From the NCBI GenBank assembly GCA_964005815.1, contig CAXFSR010000036.1, positions 28,433 to 92,432 of the forward strand: 64,000 nucleotides of DNA, given 5' to 3'. Numbering within the stretch: position 1 is the first letter of the stretch; each line of letters starts with the position of its first letter. The DNA comes from an uncultured Nitrospinaceae bacterium. Its GTDB lineage: Bacteria; UBA8248. This document shows positions 33,459 to 42,187 of the stretch, piece after piece. The position numbers and the translations under genes are program-made. The notes under the pieces were generated by a model that saw nothing but the letters and a program-made list of their open reading frames with translations, did not search any database and was not told the origin of the DNA.

Positions 33459-34436
33459 CTATTGAGGAGATAACCCTACAGCTTTGTATATATCGGTCAT
33501 TGTCTTTCGGGCTTCTTCGCGTGCTTTCTCTCCACCGGATTTCAAAACTTGATTAACATATTCCTTATCTGCCTTTAATTTTTCACGCTCCTTTCTAAAA
33601 GGAGTGAAAAAACTATTTAATTTTTCAAATAGCATTTTTTTAGCATCCCCATAACCTAATCCTCCAGCTAGATATTGTTCACGTAAAGAATCCTGCTCCT
33701 TCTCATTGGCAAACAGTTTGAAAAGACTAAAAACATTACAAGTTTCTGGATCTTTAGGTTCTTCTACGGGGGTTGAGTCTGTAACAATCGACATGATTTT
33801 CTTTCGCAAAGATTTTCCCTCGTCAAAAATTTCTATAGTATTTCCATAACTTTTACTCATTTTTTGTCCATCAACACCCGGAACTTTCGCTCCTTTATCC
33901 AACCTAAAAGAAGGCATTGGAAAAATTTCTTCATAGGTATTATTGAAAGATTGCGCAATATCTCTTGTCATTTCGATATGTTGTATTTGGTCTTCTCCAA
34001 CAGGTACGACATTCGATCTATAAATTAAAATGTCAGCTGCCATTAGCATAGGATAAGTGTACAAACCCATAGAGGGACTAATTCCTCTTTGAACTTTATC
34101 TTTATAAGAAGTAGCTCGATCAAGAAGCCCTTTGCCCGTCACACAAGATAAAATCCATGACAATTCGCTCACTTCTGGAACATCGTTTTGTCTAAAAAAA
34201 ACTGCCTTTTTAGGATCCAGCCCTAAAGATAAATAATCAAGAGCAACATCAAAAGTTTGTTGCGAAAGTAATTCTGGAACTTGTACTGAAGTCATAGCAT
34301 GGTAATTAGCTATAAAATAAAAAGCTTCTCCCTCTTCTTGCAAGGCTATATGCTGGCGAAGAGCGCCAAAATAGTTGCCAATATGCAATCTACCAGAAGG
34401 TTGTACTCCAGATAGAAACCGAATTTTCGATGACAT
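33459..34436 (-). CDS. trpS: Tryptophan-tRNA ligase
   Basis: SGVQPSGRLHIGNY, YPMLMAADIL, VPVGEDQ, KMSKSY. Confidence 0.97.
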   Translation of the reverse strand: MSSKIRFLSGVQPSGRLHIGNYFGALRQHIALQEEGEAFYFIANYHAMTSVQVPELLSQQTFDVALDYLSLGLDPKKAVFFRQNDVPEVSELSWILSCVTGKGLLDRATSYKDKVQRGISPSMGLYTYPMLMAADILIYRSNVVPVGEDQIQHIEMTRDIAQSFNNTYEEIFPMPSFRLDKGAKVPGVDGQKMSKSYGNTIEIFDEGKSLRKKIMSIVTDSTPVEEPKDPETCNVFSLFKLFANEKEQDSLREQYLAGGLGYGDAKKMLFEKLNSFFTPFRKEREKLKADKEYVNQVLKSGGEKAREEARKTMTDIYKAVGLSPQ

Positions 34437-34460
34437 ATAAAATCCTAAATAATTTTAAAA

Positions 34461-35126
34461 TCAATTGAGCATTTTAAACAAATTCATTGCAAATATCCGC
34501 TCTGTAGCAAGTAAAAAATAAAATATTGGAGACATGATTACTGTAAGCTTATTAAACAATATCAGACCAAGGATTATAAAAAAACCATAGGGCTCTAATC
34601 TTGAAAAATTAAATGCAATACGTCTTGGCAGAATACCATGTAGTATTCTTCCTCCATCGAATGGTAAAATCGGAACTAAATTAAACGCAGCAAGGGCTGT
34701 ATTTACAATAAAACTCATTTCAAGCATCTTATAAATCGGCTCTCCAAAAAAACTTTGATGAATTCCAAAATGTCGCATTTCAAATAAAACAAACAAACTT
34801 AAAATAGCAAGAAAAAAATTAGAAACCGGTCCTGCTAGAGCTATCCATATCATATCTTTTCTTGGATTTTTTAGATTTGAAGTATCGACAGGAACTGGCT
34901 TTGCCCAACCGAAACCAATTCCAGCAGCAAGCGATATTACAAAAGCCAAAGTCCCTAAAGGATCTAGATGAACTAAAGGATTTAAACTTAGACGTCCCAT
35001 ATACCTTGCTGTTTGATCTCCTAATTTAGAAGCAGACCAACCATGAGCAACTTCATGTACAGTCAAAGCAATTAAAATTGCCGGAAGAGATACAATGAGT
35101 TTTTGAATAAAATCTTCTGAAAACAA
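34461..35126 (-). CDS. Site-2 protease (M50) membrane metallopeptidase
   Basis: HEVAH, NPLVHLDP, AGPVSN, FNLVPILPFDGGR; hydrophobic. Confidence 0.93.
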   Translation of the reverse strand: MFSEDFIQKLIVSLPAILIALTVHEVAHGWSASKLGDQTARYMGRLSLNPLVHLDPLGTLAFVISLAAGIGFGWAKPVPVDTSNLKNPRKDMIWIALAGPVSNFFLAILSLFVLFEMRHFGIHQSFFGEPIYKMLEMSFIVNTALAAFNLVPILPFDGGRILHGILPRRIAFNFSRLEPYGFFIILGLILFNKLTVIMSPIFYFLLATERIFAMNLFKMLN

Positions 35127-35202
35127 AACAAAAATCCTGCAACATTAGATTAAAATTAAAATAAATTAAAAATTTTGAATCAATCAAAAAAATATATACA
35201 AT

Positions 35203-35772
35203 TTAAGGATTCCATACATTTTCAAAATCGTCACAAAAAACAAACTCACTCAAAGATTTCCTCGTAGATGGTTTTTTGTCTTTTTCCTGAACTTCAGGGG
35301 GCAAATCTTCAAAATTCCCTGGATAACCGACTGCAAAAAGAGCAACAACTCTATAGGGATCTGGTATCTTAAATTTTTCAAGAACCTTTTCTTCATCCCA
35401 TCCAGCCATTGCATGCACTGTGAGTTCTAATGCACTTCCCTGCAACAAAAGATTTTGCAATGCCATCCCAACATCGATCAACCATCTCTGTAATCCATTT
35501 CTTTCTGGTTGTTCTTCTGGATTGCCAAGTATAATCATTTTAGTCGGAGCTTCAGCCGCCCACTGACGATTGCCTTCATTCAAACACTCGTCAAACGCAT
35601 TATTTGACTCTTCCGATTGAGTTACAATGACTCTCCATGGTTGCTTATTGCTTCCTGAAGGGGCCCACCGAAATGCCTCTAACAAAGCATTTAATTCATC
35701 CGGTTTTGGTGGAACTCCACTAAAATCTCTCTTACTTCTTCTATTTTTTATTAAAGGATGTATGTCTGCCAT
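35203..35772 (-). CDS. Nitroreductase family protein
   Basis: RRSKRDF, APSGSNKQPW, DVGMALQN, VGYP. Confidence 0.9.
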   Translation of the reverse strand: MADIHPLIKNRRSKRDFSGVPPKPDELNALLEAFRWAPSGSNKQPWRVIVTQSEESNNAFDECLNEGNRQWAAEAPTKMIILGNPEEQPERNGLQRWLIDVGMALQNLLLQGSALELTVHAMAGWDEEKVLEKFKIPDPYRVVALFAVGYPGNFEDLPPEVQEKDKKPSTRKSLSEFVFCDDFENVWNP

Positions 35773-35879
35773 CTTTGTTCTCCTGAAAATTTAATGAAAA
35801 TATATTAACGCTTCAGCTATTAAAGTTCTAAAAAAATGCAGTGTAGTACAGCGTTCAAAAAAATAAAATACACACTAAG

Positions 35880-36263
35880 TCAGCCAGCATATCCCACATC
35901 TTTTTTGGTCTCCAATAAAACAATTTTTTCGGATGAATCGAGCATATTTGTTCTATATAAAGTATGTGCAAAAATTTGTGGAGCCCGATAAATAAAAATT
36001 CTCTCATGAGAAATCAATAAAGATCGAATTAAAGAAACAAACTGCAAGATACTTCTAGAACCTTCGAACTCTAAATCTTCCATATCTATTTTTAAAATAG
36101 AAACTTCAAAATCTTTTATATTTTTTTTTATCGCAATATCAACCAATGGGAAAATTCTAAGATCTAAATCTCCACTTATCTGAACGCTTAACTCTTTTTT
36201 ATTTTTGAAAATTCTCAGGAAGAAATCCTGATTAATAGAAATTTCACGCAAATCAGCCTCCAT
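35880..36263 (-). CDS. STAS-like domain protein of unknown function
   Basis: ISGDLD...IDMEDLEF pattern resembles the STAS beta-strand motifs; 127 aa. Confidence 0.55.
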   Translation of the reverse strand: MEADLREISINQDFFLRIFKNKKELSVQISGDLDLRIFPLVDIAIKKNIKDFEVSILKIDMEDLEFEGSRSILQFVSLIRSLLISHERIFIYRAPQIFAHTLYRTNMLDSSEKIVLLETKKDVGYAG

Positions 36264-36297
36264 ACTTAGAGTTTTGCTTTAAAAAATTAAAAAAGAA

Positions 36298-37377
36298 TCA
36301 ATCAACTGATAAAGGAAAAATAATAGGCTTCGACTCTTTCGCACTTTTCTCAATTGCGAGTGTGACCTCAAGGGTAGTTCGTGCATGTTCAGGATCTGTT
36401 AAAGGAATTGATTTTCCTGCAACGACATGATCCAACCAGTAACGTGTTTCATCTCGCATAGGACCCCAAAAATCTCCTACTAGGAAGTCTCCTGCCATCA
36501 TACTCTCTAGAAAAACAACATTTGTCCTAAAATCTGGGACATAAGGAGATGGGACACCTTTAGAAGTTGCCAGTATTGAAGATTTATGAGAATCATCAAT
36601 GAAAATTGCTCCCTTATCACCCATAACTTCCATATCCATAGAAGTTACATTTGAGGGCCAATTGTCAGGCAGAATCCAAGAACAACCAAAGTTAATTGAA
36701 CTACCGTCATCGAGGCTTAAAATAGCCCATGCCCAATCACCACATCCCATAGGATGATGAGGGAAAATTTCGCTGCCTCCTTGAGCATATACACTTACAG
36801 GCCTTCTCCCTTCGAAATACCATAAAGAAATATCAACCATATATGTTAGTGTATCCGTGACTGGACCAGCGTGCGGTGCGCGTTTGTATATTTCTGCACC
36901 ACCTGACATAATATTATAGAGTGTAGCCCTAGCCGTTTGAAGTTCTCCTAACTTACCCTGGCTAATTTGTTCTTTCGCATTTAAAAAACGTCTTCGTACT
37001 CTTTGAGTATATCCAATATGCAAATTTCCATTATGATTATGCAAACAGTTTAAAATTTTGTCAGCGTCTTCTAAAGAAAGAGAAATAGGTTTTTCGCATA
37101 AGACCGGCTTTCCTAATTCGATACCTCTACAAACAGGTTCTGCATGTGCAAATTCAGGAGTTGAAACGATAACTGCATCTACCTCTGGGTGATTTAAAAC
37201 TGCTTCGTTATCTTCTGAAAAAAAATCTGCGTCGACTTCTTCAGCTAGTCTCTTTGCATTTTCAATATTCTGATCTGAAAGTGCTAAAAAACTTACTTGA
37301 GGAGAACTTGATGCAAGATTAGCTCTTAATCTGCCCATTCTACCCGAACCAATTATGCCTACACCGATCTGTTTCAA
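36298..37377 (-). CDS. Gfo/Idh/MocA family oxidoreductase (paralogue 2)
   Basis: GIIGSGRMG, VSTPE..H, LCEKP, IGYTQR. Confidence 0.92.
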   Translation of the reverse strand: MKQIGVGIIGSGRMGRLRANLASSSPQVSFLALSDQNIENAKRLAEEVDADFFSEDNEAVLNHPEVDAVIVSTPEFAHAEPVCRGIELGKPVLCEKPISLSLEDADKILNCLHNHNGNLHIGYTQRVRRRFLNAKEQISQGKLGELQTARATLYNIMSGGAEIYKRAPHAGPVTDTLTYMVDISLWYFEGRRPVSVYAQGGSEIFPHHPMGCGDWAWAILSLDDGSSINFGCSWILPDNWPSNVTSMDMEVMGDKGAIFIDDSHKSSILATSKGVPSPYVPDFRTNVVFLESMMAGDFLVGDFWGPMRDETRYWLDHVVAGKSIPLTDPEHARTTLEVTLAIEKSAKESKPIIFPLSVD

Positions 37378-37380
37378 TTT

Positions 37381-38472
37381 TTATCCTCTCAAAGGTAAAT
37401 CTATAACTTTTCCGCCTTGCCTTGCACTAGTTTCCATAGCAACTGTAAGTTCAAGAGCATTCCTGCCTGCATTAGCATCGCAGAGGGGAATTTCTTTTCC
37501 AGTAGTTACTCTCTCAACAAATAATCTAGTTTCGTCTCTCATAGGACCAATAAACTCTCCCACTACCCAATCTCCTGGCATGGCCGAACCTAAAAAAGAA
37601 ACATTAAAAGAAGAATCTGGAACATAAGAAGAGGGTGTTTCTTCCTCGCTAACCATCATTACATCTTTATGTCCATCATCAATTCTAATAGCCCCTTCAC
37701 TTCCAAAAATATCCATACTGATAGTGGCAACTGTAGCAGGCCACTTTTCAGGAAGTATCCAAGAAGAACCAAGATTAACAGCAGAACCATCCTCAAAAGT
37801 AACTATCGCCCAACCATAATCTCCTAATTTCTCAGGATGTTCAGAAAAGATTTTGCTCCCACCAAGAGCATAAACTCGGACGGGCTTTAAAGGTTCGAAA
37901 AACCAGAGAGCCATATCGGCCATATATGTTAAAGCATCAGAAATCGGACTAGCATGTGGTGCTCTTTGATAAACTTGTTTAGCAACAGACATTGGATTGT
38001 ATATACAAAGCCTTCCTGACATGACTTTGCCAAGACGACCATCTTGAATATGTTCTTTCACAGAGAGAAACTTTCTTCTAAGACGTTGTGTATATCCTAT
38101 ATAAAGTTCAGTACCAGTCTTTTTCTGAATTTCTAAAATTTTATCTGCATCTTTAAGACTTAAAGCAATTGGTTTCTCAACCAAAACAGGCTTTTGATTT
38201 TCAAGTGCGAGACAAATCCACTCAGTATGTTCTCCTTCAGGAGTAGACACAATTACTGCACCAACGTTTGGATGTTCAATAACAGCTTTATTATCATCAG
38301 AAAAAAAAGCTGCTTCGGTCTGTTGAGCCAGACCTTTAGCTTTTTCCTTGTCAATATCTGATATTGCAAGGAAGTCTACTTGTGGAGAAGTCGCAGAGAG
38401 GTGAGCTCTTAAAGAGCCCATTCTTCCAGCACCCACCAAACCTATTCCTATCTGTTTTTTAGGTACAACCAT
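37381..38472 (-). CDS. Gfo/Idh/MocA family oxidoreductase (paralogue 1)
   Basis: GLVGAGRMG, VSTPE..H, LVEKP, IGYTQR. Confidence 0.92.
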   Translation of the reverse strand: MVVPKKQIGIGLVGAGRMGSLRAHLSATSPQVDFLAISDIDKEKAKGLAQQTEAAFFSDDNKAVIEHPNVGAVIVSTPEGEHTEWICLALENQKPVLVEKPIALSLKDADKILEIQKKTGTELYIGYTQRLRRKFLSVKEHIQDGRLGKVMSGRLCIYNPMSVAKQVYQRAPHASPISDALTYMADMALWFFEPLKPVRVYALGGSKIFSEHPEKLGDYGWAIVTFEDGSAVNLGSSWILPEKWPATVATISMDIFGSEGAIRIDDGHKDVMMVSEEETPSSYVPDSSFNVSFLGSAMPGDWVVGEFIGPMRDETRLFVERVTTGKEIPLCDANAGRNALELTVAMETSARQGGKVIDLPLRG

Positions 38473-38602
38473 TCCAACCTCATGAATGAAATACTTGTTA
38501 TACTTTTCAGTCTAACAAATAAAAAAAAAACACAACACTAGCAACGTCAAAATAAAATTATTATATTGAGCATAAGTACGAATATTTAAAAGGAGACTTT
38601 TT

Positions 38603-39646
38603 TTGGAAAAATCGCAGTCACTAGCCGCTATTTTAAAAGGACCAAAGAATCTTTGCTTAGAAATGAGAGATATTCCTGACCCAGGAAAAAATGAAGTACT
38701 AGTTGAAGTAAAAGCATGCGCAATTTGTGGAAGTGACTTTCACTTGATTGACGGCCATACTAAAAGGGCTCGTTTGCCAGTGGTTCCTGGACATGAACTT
38801 ATGGGAAAAGTTGTTGATGTTGGTAAGAACGTTTCAAAAGATATTATAGGAAACAGATTTTGTATAGAAAATCATGTTGCATGTGGTGAGTGCCGATACT
38901 GTAAAGCTAACCGAGAAAATTTATGTAATAACTCTAGGTCTATTGGAACTACGATAGATGGAGGATATAGTCAACATGTAATTGCTCCTGCGAATAAACT
39001 TGTTCCAATTCCAGATAAATTAGATGATGCAACCGCTTCAGTAATGCAAACACTTGCAACCGGATATCATGTAGTAAATAACCGAGCAAATTTAAAAAAG
39101 AATGAGACTGCAGCAATTATAGGTGTTGGACCAATTGGTTTGTGTACTCTTGCTTGCGCTAAACAAATTGGTGCAAGAGTAATTGTCATTGATACGGTTG
39201 AAGATAGACTTTCACTAGCGAAAAAAATGGGGGCTGATGAAACTATAAATGCTTTAGAAGTAGACCCAGTAGAAAAAGTCAAAACCCTAACTGATGGTGA
39301 AGGAGCAGAAGTTAGCTTCGAAATAGTTGGAGGGAATCAGTCTAAAACAATTCAGCAATCAATTGACATGCTATGTAAGGGAGGAAGAACTGTAATTGTT
39401 GGAGTTTCTGGAATTGATATCCCAATCGATTTTCAGCCTATTCAACACTTAGAGAAAGTCATTATTGGGTCAAGAGGACATCCTTATTCGTTCATGCCCT
39501 GTATTGAACACGTTGTTTCAGGAAATCTTAATATAAGCGAAATGATCACACATCAAATTCCTCTTTCGATGGTTGAAGAAGGAATTAAAATGATGAGAGA
39601 AAGAAAAGACGGAGCTGTTAAAGTCGTTCTTATCCCAAACGAATAA
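38603..39646 (+). CDS. Zinc-dependent alcohol/polyol dehydrogenase (MDR family)
   Basis: CAICGSD, GHE, CGECRYC...NLC structural Zn site, GVGPIG. Confidence 0.92.
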   Translation: MEKSQSLAAILKGPKNLCLEMRDIPDPGKNEVLVEVKACAICGSDFHLIDGHTKRARLPVVPGHELMGKVVDVGKNVSKDIIGNRFCIENHVACGECRYCKANRENLCNNSRSIGTTIDGGYSQHVIAPANKLVPIPDKLDDATASVMQTLATGYHVVNNRANLKKNETAAIIGVGPIGLCTLACAKQIGARVIVIDTVEDRLSLAKKMGADETINALEVDPVEKVKTLTDGEGAEVSFEIVGGNQSKTIQQSIDMLCKGGRTVIVGVSGIDIPIDFQPIQHLEKVIIGSRGHPYSFMPCIEHVVSGNLNISEMITHQIPLSMVEEGIKMMRERKDGAVKVVLIPNE

Positions 39647-39670
39647 TAAACAGAATTTTTTGGAGAAAAT

Positions 39671-40567
39671 ATGCAATCAAAGAAAAAAACTATTGGATTT
39701 ATTGGTCTGGGTTTAATGGGTCAGGCTTTCACAAATAACTTAATGAAAGATGGTTATACAATTTTTGGCACAGATCCAGTTCCATTGGCAAAAAGAAGAT
39801 TCAAAAGAAAAGGCGGCAAAGTTCTCGATTCACCAAAGGCAGTCGTGGAAAAAGCAGATATCACATTTATTTCAGTTCCAAACTCTAAAATCTCTCTAAA
39901 TTGTGCAGAAGGAAAGAATGGTTATACATTTATAAAGAAACAAGCTTCAAGAAAAATAATTATAGACACTACAACCTCGGACCCGGATGACACCAGAAAA
40001 ATCAGTTCTCTTTGTAAAAAAACTAAATTGGATTTTTTAGAAGGATGTATAAGCGGAAACAGCAAAGATGTAAAAAATAGAATTGGCCTTTTCTTAGTTG
40101 GAGGAGAAGAAAAAACATATAAGAAAGTCAAACCCCTTTTAGGAAATCTTTTATCAGATCAGATTTATTGTGGAAAAGCTGGTTCGGGTGCAACTATGAA
40201 AGTAATCATAAATTATTTGACATGTCTTGAACGCTGTTCAATTGCAGAAACATTAAGAATAGGACTCCGTTCAGGTATAAAAAAAGATCTCCTACTAGAA
40301 TGTCTACTAAGAAGCGCTGCCTCTGGAAAGCAGCTTGAAAAAAGAGGAGCTAGAATGTTAGGACACAAATTTTCTGACCCAGTAAGTTCATTGGCCACAA
40401 TGATTAAAGATATGAAATTAGGACTTACACTCGCAAAAAAAACCAAATCTTCTACTCCAGTAGGAAAGGCTTGCCTTCCTATTTACGAACTTGGAGGAAA
40501 ATCTGAATATGGGGAACTTGATAGCTCAGTTATCTACAAAGTTTTCGAAGACCTTGAGACCAAATAA
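39671..40567 (+). CDS. NAD(P)-dependent beta-hydroxyacid dehydrogenase family protein
   Basis: IGFIGLGLMG, DTTT, GSGATMKVIINYL (catalytic Lys). Confidence 0.88.
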   Translation: MQSKKKTIGFIGLGLMGQAFTNNLMKDGYTIFGTDPVPLAKRRFKRKGGKVLDSPKAVVEKADITFISVPNSKISLNCAEGKNGYTFIKKQASRKIIIDTTTSDPDDTRKISSLCKKTKLDFLEGCISGNSKDVKNRIGLFLVGGEEKTYKKVKPLLGNLLSDQIYCGKAGSGATMKVIINYLTCLERCSIAETLRIGLRSGIKKDLLLECLLRSAASGKQLEKRGARMLGHKFSDPVSSLATMIKDMKLGLTLAKKTKSSTPVGKACLPIYELGGKSEYGELDSSVIYKVFEDLETK

Positions 40568-40587
40568 AAATTCAACTCAAAAAGAAC

Positions 40588-42174
40588 TTAACGAAGACCA
40601 GCAAGTTCTTGAAGACGATGCCAGTTCTTAAGTCTTTCTTCGTTAGTAGCTAACAAGACTTCCGAAGGATTGCCATCTTTATCAAATTGTTTTGCAAAAC
40701 GACCTTCAGTTCTTGCAAAATCTATAAAATTCACCTCTTCTTTAGTCTTAGGATTCACATACCAGTCTTTATTTGGAGAAGGATTACCTGTGAGATTCAT
40801 TCTCTCTTTGATCGTATTTCCACGCCTTGGATCGTAAGTGAAAACAGGAAAAGCTCTACTGTCGGCCGCTAACTTCGCCTGAGCACCAGCCATATCATCT
40901 GCAACACCATGTTCTGGTTGACATGTTGTAAAAACATTTATAACCGCAGGTCCAGGGAACTCATTCGCTTCCATTATTGAGCGATAAAAATGATTTACAT
41001 GCGCACAAGTCGTCTGAGAAACGTATACATCCCCGTGCATCAAACATATCGTACTTAGTTCTTTTCTTGCTTCAGTTTTACCCTGAACAACTTTTCCATG
41101 CTGACTCATTTTGGCATCTTGTCCTCCATAACTGCTTGTTGATGCCTGGCCACCAGTATTAGAATAAACTTGTGTATCTAAAACTAAAACTTTAATATCT
41201 ACACCACTTGCAAGCATTCTGGATAAAGACTGAAACCCTATATCTAACATGGCTCCATCTCCACCAATAACCCAAAGTCGTTTGTCTTCCATACCCTCTT
41301 GATCCCATCTTGCCCTCACACCCATTGCAACAGCAGGACCATTTTCAAAAAGACTATTTGTCCAAGGAACAATATAAGGGTTGTAAGGATATGTACTTGT
41401 ATAAACGGTATTACAACCCGTACTTGCTACAATTCCCATTCCTTCTTTTCCATATGTGAAACCAGTTGCGGCAGTCATCATTCTAAGAGCAGTTGCCTCG
41501 CCACAACCCATACAACTACCTGCACCACCTACATACAGTAACGATCGTTCCGTTAGCATCATATCTGCAAGGAATTTTTCATTTACATATTCTTCGGGAG
41601 TTTCAGGTAGAGTTTTATAAAAATCCCATTCTTGCTGAAAATCTTCTAACATTTTTTGATCTTTTGGCACCATACCGAGCGACTCATGACTCCCGCAGAC
41701 CTCTACACATTCACCACACCCTTTACATTTAGTTGGATCTACAAAAATCCCAAACATTGCTCCTTCTATTCCCTTTTTTTCAGCCTGTCCGTGGAATTTT
41801 TTTGTCTTTGAGAATCTAGCTTGGAGACGTTTCTTCTCTTCAGGATCGCTTATATCATTTAATTTTTTTTCAAGATCGCTTTCTGAGATGCCAATTCCAA
41901 GAATGGCTGTATCTGGACATTCTGTAACACAATCCATACAACCAACACATTTGTCATTGTAAAATTCTGGTAGATCCGGAGCAATATAACTAAAGTCACG
42001 AAGGGCACCAGTTCCTGCTGGAACTATACTTCTCGCAACCTGAATATCTGCATCCAGTCCCAACTCTGCAGAACCATCATTGTAAGCACCTACTACACGA
42101 CTATTAAAGTCTGCTATATCCAAGAAAGTTTCTTCTTCCTCTGTATTCAGTGTAACATTTTCTCTTTCTGACAT
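40588..42174 (-). CDS. 2-oxoacid:ferredoxin oxidoreductase, 2x[4Fe-4S] plus TPP-binding subunit (NifJ C-terminal half)
   Basis: CVGCMDCVTECP, CKGCGECVEVC, SCMGCGE, TGC, GGDG...LDTQVYSNTGGQ. Confidence 0.9.
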   Translation of the reverse strand: MSERENVTLNTEEEETFLDIADFNSRVVGAYNDGSAELGLDADIQVARSIVPAGTGALRDFSYIAPDLPEFYNDKCVGCMDCVTECPDTAILGIGISESDLEKKLNDISDPEEKKRLQARFSKTKKFHGQAEKKGIEGAMFGIFVDPTKCKGCGECVEVCGSHESLGMVPKDQKMLEDFQQEWDFYKTLPETPEEYVNEKFLADMMLTERSLLYVGGAGSCMGCGEATALRMMTAATGFTYGKEGMGIVASTGCNTVYTSTYPYNPYIVPWTNSLFENGPAVAMGVRARWDQEGMEDKRLWVIGGDGAMLDIGFQSLSRMLASGVDIKVLVLDTQVYSNTGGQASTSSYGGQDAKMSQHGKVVQGKTEARKELSTICLMHGDVYVSQTTCAHVNHFYRSIMEANEFPGPAVINVFTTCQPEHGVADDMAGAQAKLAADSRAFPVFTYDPRRGNTIKERMNLTGNPSPNKDWYVNPKTKEEVNFIDFARTEGRFAKQFDKDGNPSEVLLATNEERLKNWHRLQELAGLR

Positions 42175-42187
42175 TATAAGCCCCTAT

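Noticed and set aside
35780-36300. Further Sec read-through at the TGA stops of the STAS-like gene and Gfo/Idh/MocA paralogue 2
   Set aside because: The downstream translation is low-complexity intergenic sequence, the domains are already complete, and there is no redox motif or hairpin.
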